A program made the position numbers and the translations under genes. From a virus, in the IMG/VR virus record IMGVR_UViG_3300013101_000007, positions 1 through 64,000 of that record: a DNA stretch of 64,000 nt. One strand, 5' to 3'. Within the stretch, counting starts at the first letter, position 1. Every line of letters starts with the position of its first letter. The notes beneath the pieces are model-generated. The model had not been told where the DNA came from. It saw nothing but the letters and a program-made list of their open reading frames with translations, and did not search any database. Below, in pieces: positions 10,178 through 20,425 of this stretch.

Positions 10178-10610
10178 CATAGTTACAGACGCAGTACTAG
10201 ATTTAAAAAATAAATTGCAATTGATTGCATCCATAAAAAAGAAAACTGTTTATCTTTATGACCAAGATGATCTATTGCATAGTACTAAAAAATTAGGATT
10301 TCCTGCTGTTGGTATTGTTTATGTTGGTATGCAGGGCGGTAATGATTCAAGTAAAACCGGATTAGCTGCAACGTTGGTATGTGATATTTATTTGATAGGT
10401 GGAGAGCAATGCACTGATAAGGTGGCAGATTTAAAATCAGGCTCAACTAAATTATTAGATGAAATGAGAAGGGAAATTGCTTGTACTAAATTAGCGCGGG
10501 TTGGTGGGCAGAGAAAATGGACTTTTGTAGCTGAGTCTCCTGCTGAGATAAGCCCTGCTAAATTGGGTTATGTTCAGCGGTGGAAAACGGTTGTACTACT
10601 TACCAGTTGA
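10170..10610 (+). CDS. tail terminator-like protein
   Basis: FPAVGIVYVG motif, size, and position upstream of the tail tube gene. Confidence 0.6.
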   Translation: MADIVTDAVLDLKNKLQLIASIKKKTVYLYDQDDLLHSTKKLGFPAVGIVYVGMQGGNDSSKTGLAATLVCDIYLIGGEQCTDKVADLKSGSTKLLDEMRREIACTKLARVGGQRKWTFVAESPAEISPAKLGYVQRWKTVVLLTS

Positions 10611-10654
10611 TTACTTTGTAAAGTAGTTGTACTCTTAATCTAATCGGGTGAATT

Positions 10655-10861
10655 ATGAAGAAAGATAAGAAAAAGAACGTAAAAAAGATTGAGCCAGAAA
10701 CAATAGATGTTGTTCTTTCAAAAGGGCACTATCATAAAGGTGATTTGTGTGTGGCAGGGGAGACTATTACAGTGACCCTAAAACAAGCAGGAAAATTAGA
10801 GGAAAACCGTATTGGCTTTAGAGTCAAGGTTTCAGAGTCGGGTGTAAATAGTCAGGATTAG
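10655..10861 (+). CDS. small hypothetical tail-region protein
   Basis: 68-aa ORF with HYHKG..AGETITV. Confidence 0.55.
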   Translation: MKKDKKKNVKKIEPETIDVVLSKGHYHKGDLCVAGETITVTLKQAGKLEENRIGFRVKVSESGVNSQD

Positions 10862-10902
10862 TTCCTGATGAAACTAATTAACTTATTTTTGGAGAAGTTC
10901 TA

Positions 10903-11667
10903 ATGTCTGACGCTTGCGTAGAAAACCAATACTTCTCAGGTCAAGGTGCGATTTTAGTCGGTGAGCGTGATGCTGTAACCGGCTTACCAATGGGTTTACG
11001 CCCTGTAGGTAATGTATCGGCTTTGACACTGGGCGTAGAAACAACAACCTTTGAACATAAAGACTCATGTACTGGTGTACGTGGTATCGACCTTGAAATT
11101 GTACAAGAGCTAAACGCTTCTATGTCAATGACAATGGAATCTTTATTCAAAGAAAATTTATCATTGGCATTGTATGGCACTGATAGCGTGATTACAGGTG
11201 CTTCGGTAACAGATGAGGCATTACTTGGATACCATGATTTATGGAGTCCATTGGCTCATATTCAGGTATCGGCTGTAATTATTACTGATGTAGGTGGCTC
11301 AACAACTTATGTTCTCGATACTGATTACGAAGTGAATGAAGTATCTGGTACTATCAAAGTATTAAGCACTGGTGCGATCACTGACGGACAAGCACTGGAA
11401 GCCGATTATACTTTTGTTACTCAAGATAATATCGAAGCAGTAACTACCGGAACGCCTCCAATTCGTTTTATTCGTTTTGAAGGTTTAAATACCGCTGACT
11501 TAAATAAACCGGTGGTGATTGACGTATTTAAAGTATCCATGCAACCATTGGCTGAATTAGCATTAATTCAAGACGAAATTGCACAGATGGAAGTTGAAAG
11601 TAAAATATTATCTGACTCAAAACGAGCTACAGGTAGTAAGTATTTCAATATCCGTAAAGTGGCATAA
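10903..11667 (+). CDS. major tail (tube) protein
   Basis: YFSGQG..VGNVSALTL..RFEGLNTA pattern; upstream of chaperone and tape measure. Confidence 0.85.
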   Translation: MSDACVENQYFSGQGAILVGERDAVTGLPMGLRPVGNVSALTLGVETTTFEHKDSCTGVRGIDLEIVQELNASMSMTMESLFKENLSLALYGTDSVITGASVTDEALLGYHDLWSPLAHIQVSAVIITDVGGSTTYVLDTDYEVNEVSGTIKVLSTGAITDGQALEADYTFVTQDNIEAVTTGTPPIRFIRFEGLNTADLNKPVVIDVFKVSMQPLAELALIQDEIAQMEVESKILSDSKRATGSKYFNIRKVA

Positions 11668-11712
11668 AAACTCCTTAGATGGGGTGTTGTAAAACTGTCG
11701 GGTGGGTGACAC

Positions 11713-11744
11713 ATGAGGGGAATAAAACCCCCTCATTTTTTTTT
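11713..11744 (+). terminator. intrinsic terminator
   Basis: ATGAGGGG-loop-CCCCTCAT followed by a long T run. Confidence 0.8.
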
Positions 11745-11763
11745 AGCGTAGTGGAGAAGAGAA

Positions 11764-12147
11764 ATGAGTTTAGCAGATTTAGTTGCTATTAAAGAGAAGA
11801 TAGAGAGTCCTCATGGGGATTTTGAGATTCAAGGCTTAACACTGGAGGCACTGGCTGGATTGATGAAAGAGCATACTTCGGAGTTATCTTCGATGTTTGA
11901 TGGTAAATTAGACTTCACAGAGTTGTTGAAGGAATCACCTGATCTTGTAGCTAAACTCATAGCATACTCAGCGGGAGAACCAGAACATGTAGCCAATGTG
12001 AAACTATTACCTTTTGGAGTGCAATTGATTGCATTACAGAGAATTTGGAAATTGACAGCGGTGGATACCGAAGAACTGGGAAACATGCTACGCAGTCTCA
12101 CAAAGGGAATGGAAAACCTAGACCTTCCGACCAAAACAAAAAATTAG
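11764..12147 (+). CDS. tail assembly chaperone (gpG-like)
   Basis: Between tail tube and tape measure; ends in slippery A AAA AAT (12138-12144). Confidence 0.8.
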   Translation: MSLADLVAIKEKIESPHGDFEIQGLTLEALAGLMKEHTSELSSMFDGKLDFTELLKESPDLVAKLIAYSAGEPEHVANVKLLPFGVQLIALQRIWKLTAVDTEELGNMLRSLTKGMENLDLPTKTKN

Positions 12148-12386
12148 ATTTTGTTGAATGGTTGGCAGACCTTGAGATAGCTGCGGAATATTTAATATCT
12201 AATGGACACGATATTGATAAAGTATTCAAATACCCCTTAAAACAATTTTACGAGTTCTACAGTCTTGCAAAAAAACGGCAATCCTCAGAAAATTTAACTT
12301 TGTTGGCGAATATGCGAACCGCATACCATGCTGAACAGAAAGCATTTACAAAGCTACTAAAAAAGATGGAAAAGGATAATGGCTGA
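12138..12386 (+). CDS. tail assembly chaperone -1 frameshift extension (gpGT-like)
   Basis: Open -1 frame (KKLDFVEWLADLEIAA...) overlapping the gpG end, with no good start of its own. Confidence 0.7.
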   Translation, partial: KKLDFVEWLADLEIAAEYLISNGHDIDKVFKYPLKQFYEFYSLAKKRQSSENLTLLANMRTAYHAEQKAFTKLLKKMEKDNG

Positions 12387-15300
12387 AACCACAATAGAAA
12401 TTCTAATTAAGGCTAAAAATGCAGCTACAAAAGTTATCCGTGAGGTTAATAGGGAGTTCGCTCAAGCCAAACTAGCCGCTGATAAATTAAGTAAAACTGA
12501 TCTTGCTAAATTAAACAGAGACCTCCAAGAAGCAAGTAATATACTTGATGAGGTTTCTGATGTTGATGTGGATGGCTTGCAGTCTGGATTAAATGATTCA
12601 GCGGAAAGTGCGGAAACCTTAGTTGGTCAATTAGCCGAGGTAAGTAAAGCCACGGTTGATAACGTAGTAAAGGAATACAAGTTATTAGAAAAATCTATTG
12701 ACAACATTAATACTGTTGCAGCCGAAGCACAAGAAGCCCTTGAAAAAGTAAATCAACTAGGCAAGGATATAATAAAATCCACCGCCACGAGTGCCTTATT
12801 TTCCGCAGGTACTATAAAGTTAGCCGGTGACTTTTCTAAGGTTATTGGTGAAGTAAGAACTTTGATTGATGATACTGCTGTTTCCAGTGAATCATTGAGA
12901 GAGGAAGTAATAGATTTATCCAATGAATTCTCAGTAAATAAAACTCAAGTAGTTAGTGGTTTCTACCAAGCATTATCAGCGGGTGCTGAACACGGTGCTG
13001 AAGCCACGGCCTTATTAGAAACTGCTCTTAAAACTGCAATTGGTGGTGTTACAGATGTTAATACAGCGGTTGACGGATTAACTACGGTAATTAATGCTTT
13101 TGGTTTCTCATTTACAGAAGCAGAAACGGTAGCGGATATAATGTTCACTACCATGAAGAACGGTAAAACTACCGTAGGTGAGATTTCTCAAAATTTGGCA
13201 CAAGTAGCACCTATCGCTTCAACATTAGGAGTTAGTTTTGAAGATATAAGTGCGACTCTTATAGCCATGACCCTTCAGGGTACGAAAACCAATTCAGCCT
13301 TTACTTCCATGAAAGCGGCCTTAACCGGTTTAATTAGACCTGGGGGTGATGCAGAAAAAGCCATCCAAGCGGCTGGGTTTGAAAGTGCTAAAGCGGCTAT
13401 CAAGGTTGTAGGTCTGCAAGGTGCATTTAATATTCTGGCAGAAGCGGCTGATGGTAGTGAAGGTAAGCTTGTAAAAATGATCGGCTCAACTGAGGGTGCT
13501 GGGGTTATATTCCAGACAACCGGTGAGAAGGCAAAATTCTTAGATGAAGCATTAGAACAAATAGCGAATTCTGCTGGAGCAACCCAAGCGGCTTTTGATA
13601 AAATTAATGAGGAGTTAGGTAGAAGTTTAGATGGCCTAACAACTAGCACAGATAATTTCCTGACAACATTAGGGGCTGGTATTGGTTCTGCTTTTAAACC
13701 ATTTATTGAGGCCTTAACCAGTATCATTCAATTGGGCACTGAGTTACTATTAACCTTTCCATTAATCGGGCAAGTTATTGGTACTTTTGTTGGATTGATA
13801 TTGACAGTAAAAATTGCCTTTGGTGCATTACTAATTGTCGGTAGTACTGTTGTTTCCATGTTCCTACGCTGGTTTATATTGAGAACTGTAGGACAGATAG
13901 TAACTTTATTTACCGGAAAAATTGGGATACTAACCACGGCTTTATCTTTATTAGGTAAGGCTTTGACAGCGGTTATTGGTGCGGGTGCGGTTGGTAAATT
14001 AAAGACTGCATTTGTGTTACTGGGTGTATCAGCATTGGCGGCTGCGGCTAAAGTAGCTTCATTCTTAAAACTAACCGCTTTAGCCAGAACGTTAAGAACA
14101 ACTGCTGTTGGACTCAGGGCTGTAACAAGCGCGGCTACACGGGCGGCTGGGATATGGGTTACTTTTAAATCTGGTGTTGCTGCTGCATTAGTTGCTGTTA
14201 AAGGGCTAAGTGTGTTTATGAAGGCCACTTTGATAGGGGCAATAATTGGTACAACCATAGCAATAGTTAGGCTGGCTAATGCTTATTCAGATTGGCGGGA
14301 TGCTGTTGCTGAGTTAGAGAGAATACAGGGCGGGTTTCAAAAACGTATTGATGCTTTAAAAGCTGAAGGGGTTTCTTTAAAAGCGAATGTAAAAACCTCT
14401 GATGAGTTGTTGAATTCCAGTAAAAAACAGATTGATGCTTACCAAGATCAATTATTAAAAACATTGGAATTGGCTACAATAACAAGAGCATTGTTATCTA
14501 CTCAAGAAGATAGCGCGGTTGAAATTGCGGCTTTAGATATTCTGATAGGTAACATTACAAAAGGTATTGAGGATTCAGTTGTTGCAGAAAAAAGATTTAG
14601 TGATGAGGCATTTACCGCTTCCATCATATTACAAAAAACCGCTGAAGATGCAAAGGCATTGGCAGATGCTCAACGTGAAGCGTCCACCCTTAGTTTTGAC
14701 CAGAATGTTACTCAGTTGGAGCGGGTACGGGATGCTCAATTAGCTGTTCTTGAAATAACCAATGAACTACCGGCTATTGCTGATGTGTTTAGATCGCATA
14801 ATAATACCGTGGCATTTCTTGCTAATCAAAATGCAGATGAATTAATTTCCATTGCTAAAAAAGAACAAGCGCAATTGTTGGCGATAGAAGAAGCCGGCCT
14901 TAAAGACAGTGAAGATTCAATAAAAGAATTTGCCAGATTTCAGGCTGAACTTGAAAGAGAAACAAACGAAAAAATATTACAAATAAACCGTGATAAGTTC
15001 TCAAGAATAGACTCACTTAGAAATGAATCTTTTAATAGATTAAAAGCACTAACACAGCAATCAATTGCACTGAGTAAACAGATTGCAGATGCGGAATTGT
15101 CAGGCACTCAAAGAATACGTGAATTGCGTAGACAAGGGCTCACTGATATTCAGGCTTTTAATGATAAACAAAAAGAGATTTCAGAACTAACAAGTAAATT
15201 TAATCAGGCGTTGGCTCAAGGTGACTTTGATCTGGCAAAACAGATAGCTAATAGACAGATTTCATTATCTGGGCAATTGGTTGGTGAGATTAAGAAAGGC

Positions 15301-16677
15301 GAAAAAGTACAACTATCTAAAGAGGCTTCAGTACAGGCGGCAATACGTGGCACTGAGGGAGCGCAAACTAGATTAGTTGAGGCATTGAAAGCAGAGAAAG
15401 CAGTTGTTGATGAAGCTAAAGCCTCAGAAAAAGCATTGTTCCAAGAACTGACTACCACTTTAAATAATCTGGATGCTACTTTAAGAAGGTTGGCGGGTGA
15501 CAAGATTGAATTTGAAACAAAGTTCAAAGCACCGGACGCTGCCGAAGCTAAAGCAGATGTTCAGAAAGTAACTGATGAAGTAAGTAACAGTGAAGCGGCA
15601 AAGGTATCAATCGGTACTACACTTAACACTGAAGCATTGGCATTAACTAAGCAGGAACTACAGACTTCTTTAGAACAAGAACAGGTAGATGTTTTAGTTC
15701 AAGCGGCTGCGGAACCGGCTGATTTTTTACGGGTGTTGCGGGAAATTGAAACTGAGTTAGCTACAACCGGTGTTGACGTTTCTTTAGTTCCAGTAGAGGA
15801 CAAATTTAATGCAGTCAAGGCGCGTATTTTAGCCGAGGCACTGATTAAAGATGTTCAATTTAATGTAGATGATGCTGAAGTATTATCCATTATAGAACGC
15901 CTGTCTCAGCCCTCAACATCTACGCACCAATTTATTGTTGATAATTTAAGTTTAAAAGATTCGATTGAGGATATAAAACGGGATACTGATTCAAAACATA
16001 CCATTGTTGCGAATATAGAGGCGGCTCTTGCCAGTATTAATTCTGTCACACAAGATACCACAGCGGTACTTACTGTGACCGCGAATACAACTCAAGCGGT
16101 TAGTGCAATTGCAATACTGCAACAGCCTACTAATTCGCCTCACAATGTTAATGCGAATACCAGTCAAGCACAATCTGCTATTAATGCCCTACAACGGACT
16201 ACATTTTCTACTCATGTTGTTAAAGTGGTTGAGCAACGGGCGGTAGGTGGACTAATTGGAGCGGTAAGAGGTGCTAGAGCCGCAATACCTCATTTTGCTG
16301 AAGGTACGGCAAGGGCAATACAAGGAACGGTAAGAGGGGCTGGTTCTGGGACTTCTGATAGCATCTTTGCTAAGTTATCGCGGGGGGAGTTTGTTATTAA
16401 AGCTGCGGCTGTAAAACGGTATGGGCAATCTTTGTTTCAAGGATTAAACTCTATGCGGTTTGGTAAAGAAAGATTACCGGCTTTTGCAAGTGGTGGGGGT
16501 GTTGGTTTTTCTGACATACCTGCGGCTACCCCAGCAAACAATCAGAATGGGGCAACCACAACTTTAAACCTTTCTTTTAATGGTGGGCAAACTTCTACCT
16601 TAACTGGAAGTAGGGATTCAGTTAATTTATTGGTTACTTCTTTGCAGGAATTACAACGTGGCGTGGTGGGTGGTTAA
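12379..16677 (+). CDS. tail tape measure protein (TP901-type core)
   Basis: 1432 aa; FYQALSAG, GKTTVGE, central hydrophobic segment, coiled coils, C-terminal GSGTSDSIFAKLSRGEFV. Confidence 0.92.
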   Translation: MAETTIEILIKAKNAATKVIREVNREFAQAKLAADKLSKTDLAKLNRDLQEASNILDEVSDVDVDGLQSGLNDSAESAETLVGQLAEVSKATVDNVVKEYKLLEKSIDNINTVAAEAQEALEKVNQLGKDIIKSTATSALFSAGTIKLAGDFSKVIGEVRTLIDDTAVSSESLREEVIDLSNEFSVNKTQVVSGFYQALSAGAEHGAEATALLETALKTAIGGVTDVNTAVDGLTTVINAFGFSFTEAETVADIMFTTMKNGKTTVGEISQNLAQVAPIASTLGVSFEDISATLIAMTLQGTKTNSAFTSMKAALTGLIRPGGDAEKAIQAAGFESAKAAIKVVGLQGAFNILAEAADGSEGKLVKMIGSTEGAGVIFQTTGEKAKFLDEALEQIANSAGATQAAFDKINEELGRSLDGLTTSTDNFLTTLGAGIGSAFKPFIEALTSIIQLGTELLLTFPLIGQVIGTFVGLILTVKIAFGALLIVGSTVVSMFLRWFILRTVGQIVTLFTGKIGILTTALSLLGKALTAVIGAGAVGKLKTAFVLLGVSALAAAAKVASFLKLTALARTLRTTAVGLRAVTSAATRAAGIWVTFKSGVAAALVAVKGLSVFMKATLIGAIIGTTIAIVRLANAYSDWRDAVAELERIQGGFQKRIDALKAEGVSLKANVKTSDELLNSSKKQIDAYQDQLLKTLELATITRALLSTQEDSAVEIAALDILIGNITKGIEDSVVAEKRFSDEAFTASIILQKTAEDAKALADAQREASTLSFDQNVTQLERVRDAQLAVLEITNELPAIADVFRSHNNTVAFLANQNADELISIAKKEQAQLLAIEEAGLKDSEDSIKEFARFQAELERETNEKILQINRDKFSRIDSLRNESFNRLKALTQQSIALSKQIADAELSGTQRIRELRRQGLTDIQAFNDKQKEISELTSKFNQALAQGDFDLAKQIANRQISLSGQLVGEIKKGEKVQLSKEASVQAAIRGTEGAQTRLVEALKAEKAVVDEAKASEKALFQELTTTLNNLDATLRRLAGDKIEFETKFKAPDAAEAKADVQKVTDEVSNSEAAKVSIGTTLNTEALALTKQELQTSLEQEQVDVLVQAAAEPADFLRVLREIETELATTGVDVSLVPVEDKFNAVKARILAEALIKDVQFNVDDAEVLSIIERLSQPSTSTHQFIVDNLSLKDSIEDIKRDTDSKHTIVANIEAALASINSVTQDTTAVLTVTANTTQAVSAIAILQQPTNSPHNVNANTSQAQSAINALQRTTFSTHVVKVVEQRAVGGLIGAVRGARAAIPHFAEGTARAIQGTVRGAGSGTSDSIFAKLSRGEFVIKAAAVKRYGQSLFQGLNSMRFGKERLPAFASGGGVGFSDIPAATPANNQNGATTTLNLSFNGGQTSTLTGSRDSVNLLVTSLQELQRGVVGG

Positions 16678-17070
16678 ATGGCAGCAATAGTTTTTTCTTT
16701 AGGTGGTATCGACCTTAACCCAAACATGATTTGGAGAGATAGATTTACCTCACAACAAGTGGCTCAAACCACCTTGCGTACTTTAGCAGGTAGTTTTATT
16801 ATATATCCACAGAGTTTATCTTTAGGTGAGTCTATTATTCTGGAATCAACCGAAGAACAAGGATGGCTTACAAAAACTCAAGTGGATGCGGTGTTGGGGC
16901 TTGCTATTAATGCAGGGGCGATTTATCAGCTAAACGTGGGTGGTGACATTAAAGATGTTGTTTTCAGGCATGAGGAACCACCAGCGGCAGTATTTACACC
17001 ATTAGTACCCAGATTAAATGTTGAGGCTAATGATTATTTTACAGGTGTTATTAAACTTACTACGGTTTAA
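16678..17070 (+). CDS. distal tail protein
   Basis: First gene after the tape measure; WRDRFT..RTLAGS pattern. Confidence 0.65.
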   Translation: MAAIVFSLGGIDLNPNMIWRDRFTSQQVAQTTLRTLAGSFIIYPQSLSLGESIILESTEEQGWLTKTQVDAVLGLAINAGAIYQLNVGGDIKDVVFRHEEPPAAVFTPLVPRLNVEANDYFTGVIKLTTV

Positions 17071-17101
17071 TGCAATCAATTGCAATTAGGAGATTTACAA
17101 A

Positions 17102-18100
17102 ATGAGTATTATTCAAAGTGAGTTGCTGTGGTACAAGGCCGTAGTTAATGACGACACTACCTCAAATGGTGGGCGCATGACCTCTGCTATTTCAATATCA
17201 GGGGTTAAAAATAATATATGGCCTGATGTTTCACAAGCAGAGAGAGTATCTGGTTCTACAAAGTATCGTAAAACTTTTATTAAGGTGGCTAACGATGATG
17301 ATTTAATACTATTTGATTCTCGTATTTATGTAGAAACATTTACTCCGGGTGATGATTCTATAGCTTTATTTTTAGGAACTCAGAGAGATACTCAGAATGA
17401 TATAACTGGTAGTGAGCGATTGTATGGTTCTGGGCAATTAAGCGCAAGCCGTTTAATTGGTGATTCATTTATGGAAGTAGTAACTGAGGGTGCTTCTTTT
17501 GATATGTTTAAGCAGGGTGATTTAGTTAGGATTTCAGATAAAGTTAATGTTGATGATTTAGTGGGTAATGAGGAATTTGTAACCATAGCCAATACACCTA
17601 GCTACACAGGTGATATTGTTGATTTCACTTTTTCACCTTCACTGGCTAATGCTTACACTAATACCTTAACAAGAGTAGCTTCAGTTATTGAGCATGGAGA
17701 TATAGAAGGTTCAGTGGATGGCTATATTAAATCCTCAGTAAGTGGTACTTATGATGAAGTAGGTAATCCAGTTGAGGTAGATAGTATTGGTACAGTAGAA
17801 GAAACCATAACTATTACTTTTACTTCACCTACTGCTTATGATGTTGTTGGGGATACTTTAGGCGCGTTAGGTTCTGGTAATATTAGTTCTGATTTTGCAC
17901 CAAACAACCCAGACTTTAGTAAGCCTTATTTTATTTTACGATTTGCTGGTTTTGCAGGTACGTGGGCAATCTCAGACAGTATTACTTTTGACACTCATCC
18001 TGCGGCTGTCCCAGTTTGGTACAAGCGTATTGTTCCAGCCGGTGCTAACTCTTTTGCGGGTAATAAAGTAATAGCGGCTATTGATGGCGAGAGTGCATAA
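17102..18100 (+). CDS. minor tail / tail-tip protein
   Basis: SNGGRM..KNNIWPDVSQAERVSGSTKYRKTF..PVWYKRIVPAGA; position. Confidence 0.65.
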   Translation: MSIIQSELLWYKAVVNDDTTSNGGRMTSAISISGVKNNIWPDVSQAERVSGSTKYRKTFIKVANDDDLILFDSRIYVETFTPGDDSIALFLGTQRDTQNDITGSERLYGSGQLSASRLIGDSFMEVVTEGASFDMFKQGDLVRISDKVNVDDLVGNEEFVTIANTPSYTGDIVDFTFSPSLANAYTNTLTRVASVIEHGDIEGSVDGYIKSSVSGTYDEVGNPVEVDSIGTVEETITITFTSPTAYDVVGDTLGALGSGNISSDFAPNNPDFSKPYFILRFAGFAGTWAISDSITFDTHPAAVPVWYKRIVPAGANSFAGNKVIAAIDGESA

Positions 18101-19005
18101 TGGCATTATCCCAAGCCGTACAGGTTAGATTTACTGACCCTGATAGTGGTTTAGAGGCCAATACTTTATTTATTGAAGAAAGGGCAACCGACAATAAAAC
18201 CCCTTCTCAGTTATATAGAGAGGCTCAGACTTCTAGCGCGGCTCAAAGTGCATCTTGCTTGACTAAGACAGCCCAAGAAGAAAGTAATGTTTTGACGGCA
18301 CAGCTTTGTCAGCAAGATATTGCGGCTTGGGGCGTAAGGAAACTACGGGTTTACCCTGCTGATATTATTCCAGAACTTCGTACAACGGTTGGGAGCATTA
18401 GAAGGTTAGGTGTTGGGGCTGATAATGTTTCTGAAGTATTACAATTCTCAAATAGTAATGAAGCTAGTTTAAGATTTCCTGCTTCAGATATGAGTTTTGG
18501 TGATTCGACTTTTTATAATAAGGATGGTGACTTAATCAATGTGAATTTTACCTTTGATGGCAACCGTAAAATTAAAGCTTCTGAATCTGGTTTTGGTTTG
18601 GTGTTTGTGAGCTACAATTCATCTTATAATATTGTTGAGTTATCAGTAAGTGCAACCGGTGGGGATATAGAAGCCTTTGTAATGGCAATATACAAGCCGT
18701 GGGGGGCTGCGGCTTCAACAACGGTACGTTATACACCGGTTGTGTGTGATACAGGCGTAGTGGCTGGCTGTGAAGCCATAGAGGAACTACCTGAAGAAGA
18801 ACAAACACAAGTAGCATTTGATTCACATGTTTCTAACAAAAGCCCTACTGATGGCATTATTATACCTGAAAATATTATTTGGACAGAAAAATCAAGGCTA
18901 GAAGATACTGTAAATGTTAGTGGTGTAGATGTAGAAAGATTTGTTAATGTTACTTTTAACGTTCCTAATGGTAACACGGTTACACTTAAATTTAATAGTC
19001 AGTAG
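18100..19005 (+). CDS. tail-tip structural protein
   Basis: TAATG coupling; beta-rich; shares a domain with ORF 27274. Confidence 0.55.
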   Translation: MALSQAVQVRFTDPDSGLEANTLFIEERATDNKTPSQLYREAQTSSAAQSASCLTKTAQEESNVLTAQLCQQDIAAWGVRKLRVYPADIIPELRTTVGSIRRLGVGADNVSEVLQFSNSNEASLRFPASDMSFGDSTFYNKDGDLINVNFTFDGNRKIKASESGFGLVFVSYNSSYNIVELSVSATGGDIEAFVMAIYKPWGAAASTTVRYTPVVCDTGVVAGCEAIEELPEEEQTQVAFDSHVSNKSPTDGIIIPENIIWTEKSRLEDTVNVSGVDVERFVNVTFNVPNGNTVTLKFNSQ

Positions 19006-19010
19006 ATACT

Positions 19011-20360
19011 ATGATACATGAAGGGCCTTTTCAAAGAATAGTATCAATCCCTAATGGTGGTTTAGGTGATATTACTATTCAGGGTGTGGGAAAAGAACAG
19101 CTGGGGGGTCGGGTTGTTATTACGGTTACTCAGGTACGTCCTCAAGCTGGTATAGATACTATAGCGTGGTTTAACCCAAGCACTATAAAAAGGGCTCTTT
19201 GGAACTCTTTACCTTTACAAGCACAAACATTTGTACCTTTTAACAGTAATGTAATCCTTGCTGAAATAATTATTGAAGATGAGATTCTTGGCGTACCTAA
19301 CTTTCCAGATACTCATGTTGTTCCAGCTCTACCAAGTTGGGTAGTTCTTGATTATAGAGGGGATCATATTTGGGTTGATATTAATGACTTTACTGTTAGT
19401 TTTAATGGGTTACTGCTAGAAATAATACAAGTTAATTTTAGGAGTATAACCGTAGTTATGCCTAGTAATTATCTGGATGATGATATTGGCATTACTGAAA
19501 CTTTTGTAGTAACAAAGAATGGGTGGGTAATAGATTTATCCACCTCTGTAGTACCTTCTATTTTAGGGGCAAGTAGGTTTAGGGAAATAACTACTTTTAT
19601 GGATAATACCCCTTTGTCCTCTAACTTTCCTACAAGAGCAGCAAGCTACTCTTCTGTTGGTTCTGGCATTTTTTTTAGCGGACAATATTTAAATACTTAT
19701 AAATTAGAACTCCCTTATCAACCTGAAAATAATCTACCTTCTACTAACTCTTTAGGTATTAATTTTGGTTTTGGTATATCGGTATTTAATGGATTATATA
19801 GAATAAGGATACCACGGGATTCTTTTTATTTTGGTGAGGGTTGGGATGAATGGAATTTGTATATTGACAATCAAAATAGGGGGGGTTTACAAAAAACTAG
19901 CCATCCTGATGTTAATTCCTTTGGTGCTTGGATAATTGCTGGTTCTTCTGGTGAAGGTGCTGTTAGTAGATTCAGGCATTTTAATACTTACACTCATTTA
20001 CCTGCTAATCTTGGTTTTATACCTCATGCGGCTTTAGATGATGGTTTTAATTCAGATGACACTCAAGTATTCTTTTTAGTAAACCAAGGGCATACTGTGA
20101 GAAATTGGGAAGCAGGGGTGGCTAATAATAGTTATCAAATACATGTTGAGATTAATTCTATAAGAACAAAAATATATGATTATCCTATTTCTAATCTTAT
20201 ATCAAGATGGGCTTTAATTAGACAAGCTGGATTAATAACAACCGTAGGTAACCCGGGAGGCCCTGTACAATTATTGAAGTTTGGGAACAATCCAGAAAAA
20301 AAAACTACCTTGTTTAATGATGATGGTGGATTGTTTATTGATACAGAATTATCAATTTAG
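19011..20360 (+). CDS. hypothetical tail-associated protein (possible receptor binding)
   Basis: 449-aa aromatic, beta-rich ORF in the tail module. Confidence 0.5.
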   Translation: MIHEGPFQRIVSIPNGGLGDITIQGVGKEQLGGRVVITVTQVRPQAGIDTIAWFNPSTIKRALWNSLPLQAQTFVPFNSNVILAEIIIEDEILGVPNFPDTHVVPALPSWVVLDYRGDHIWVDINDFTVSFNGLLLEIIQVNFRSITVVMPSNYLDDDIGITETFVVTKNGWVIDLSTSVVPSILGASRFREITTFMDNTPLSSNFPTRAASYSSVGSGIFFSGQYLNTYKLELPYQPENNLPSTNSLGINFGFGISVFNGLYRIRIPRDSFYFGEGWDEWNLYIDNQNRGGLQKTSHPDVNSFGAWIIAGSSGEGAVSRFRHFNTYTHLPANLGFIPHAALDDGFNSDDTQVFFLVNQGHTVRNWEAGVANNSYQIHVEINSIRTKIYDYPISNLISRWALIRQAGLITTVGNPGGPVQLLKFGNNPEKKTTLFNDDGGLFIDTELSI

Positions 20361-20425
20361 TAAGGGTAATAGACAATACTGAGTAAGTAGTTGTATAGTA
20401 TTTAACAAATTTAGGAGTAATAAAC

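Noticed and set aside
5520-15527. Minus-strand ORFs of 100-235 aa (e.g. 6223-6930, 13275-14258)
   Set aside because: They are antisense shadows of well-supported + strand genes, Ser/Val-rich and without recognisable motifs
1455-16092. TGCAATTGCA 10-mers (about 1455 and 16104) as copies of the 14-bp motif
   Set aside because: They lack the central four bases, so the half-site spacing differs; not counted
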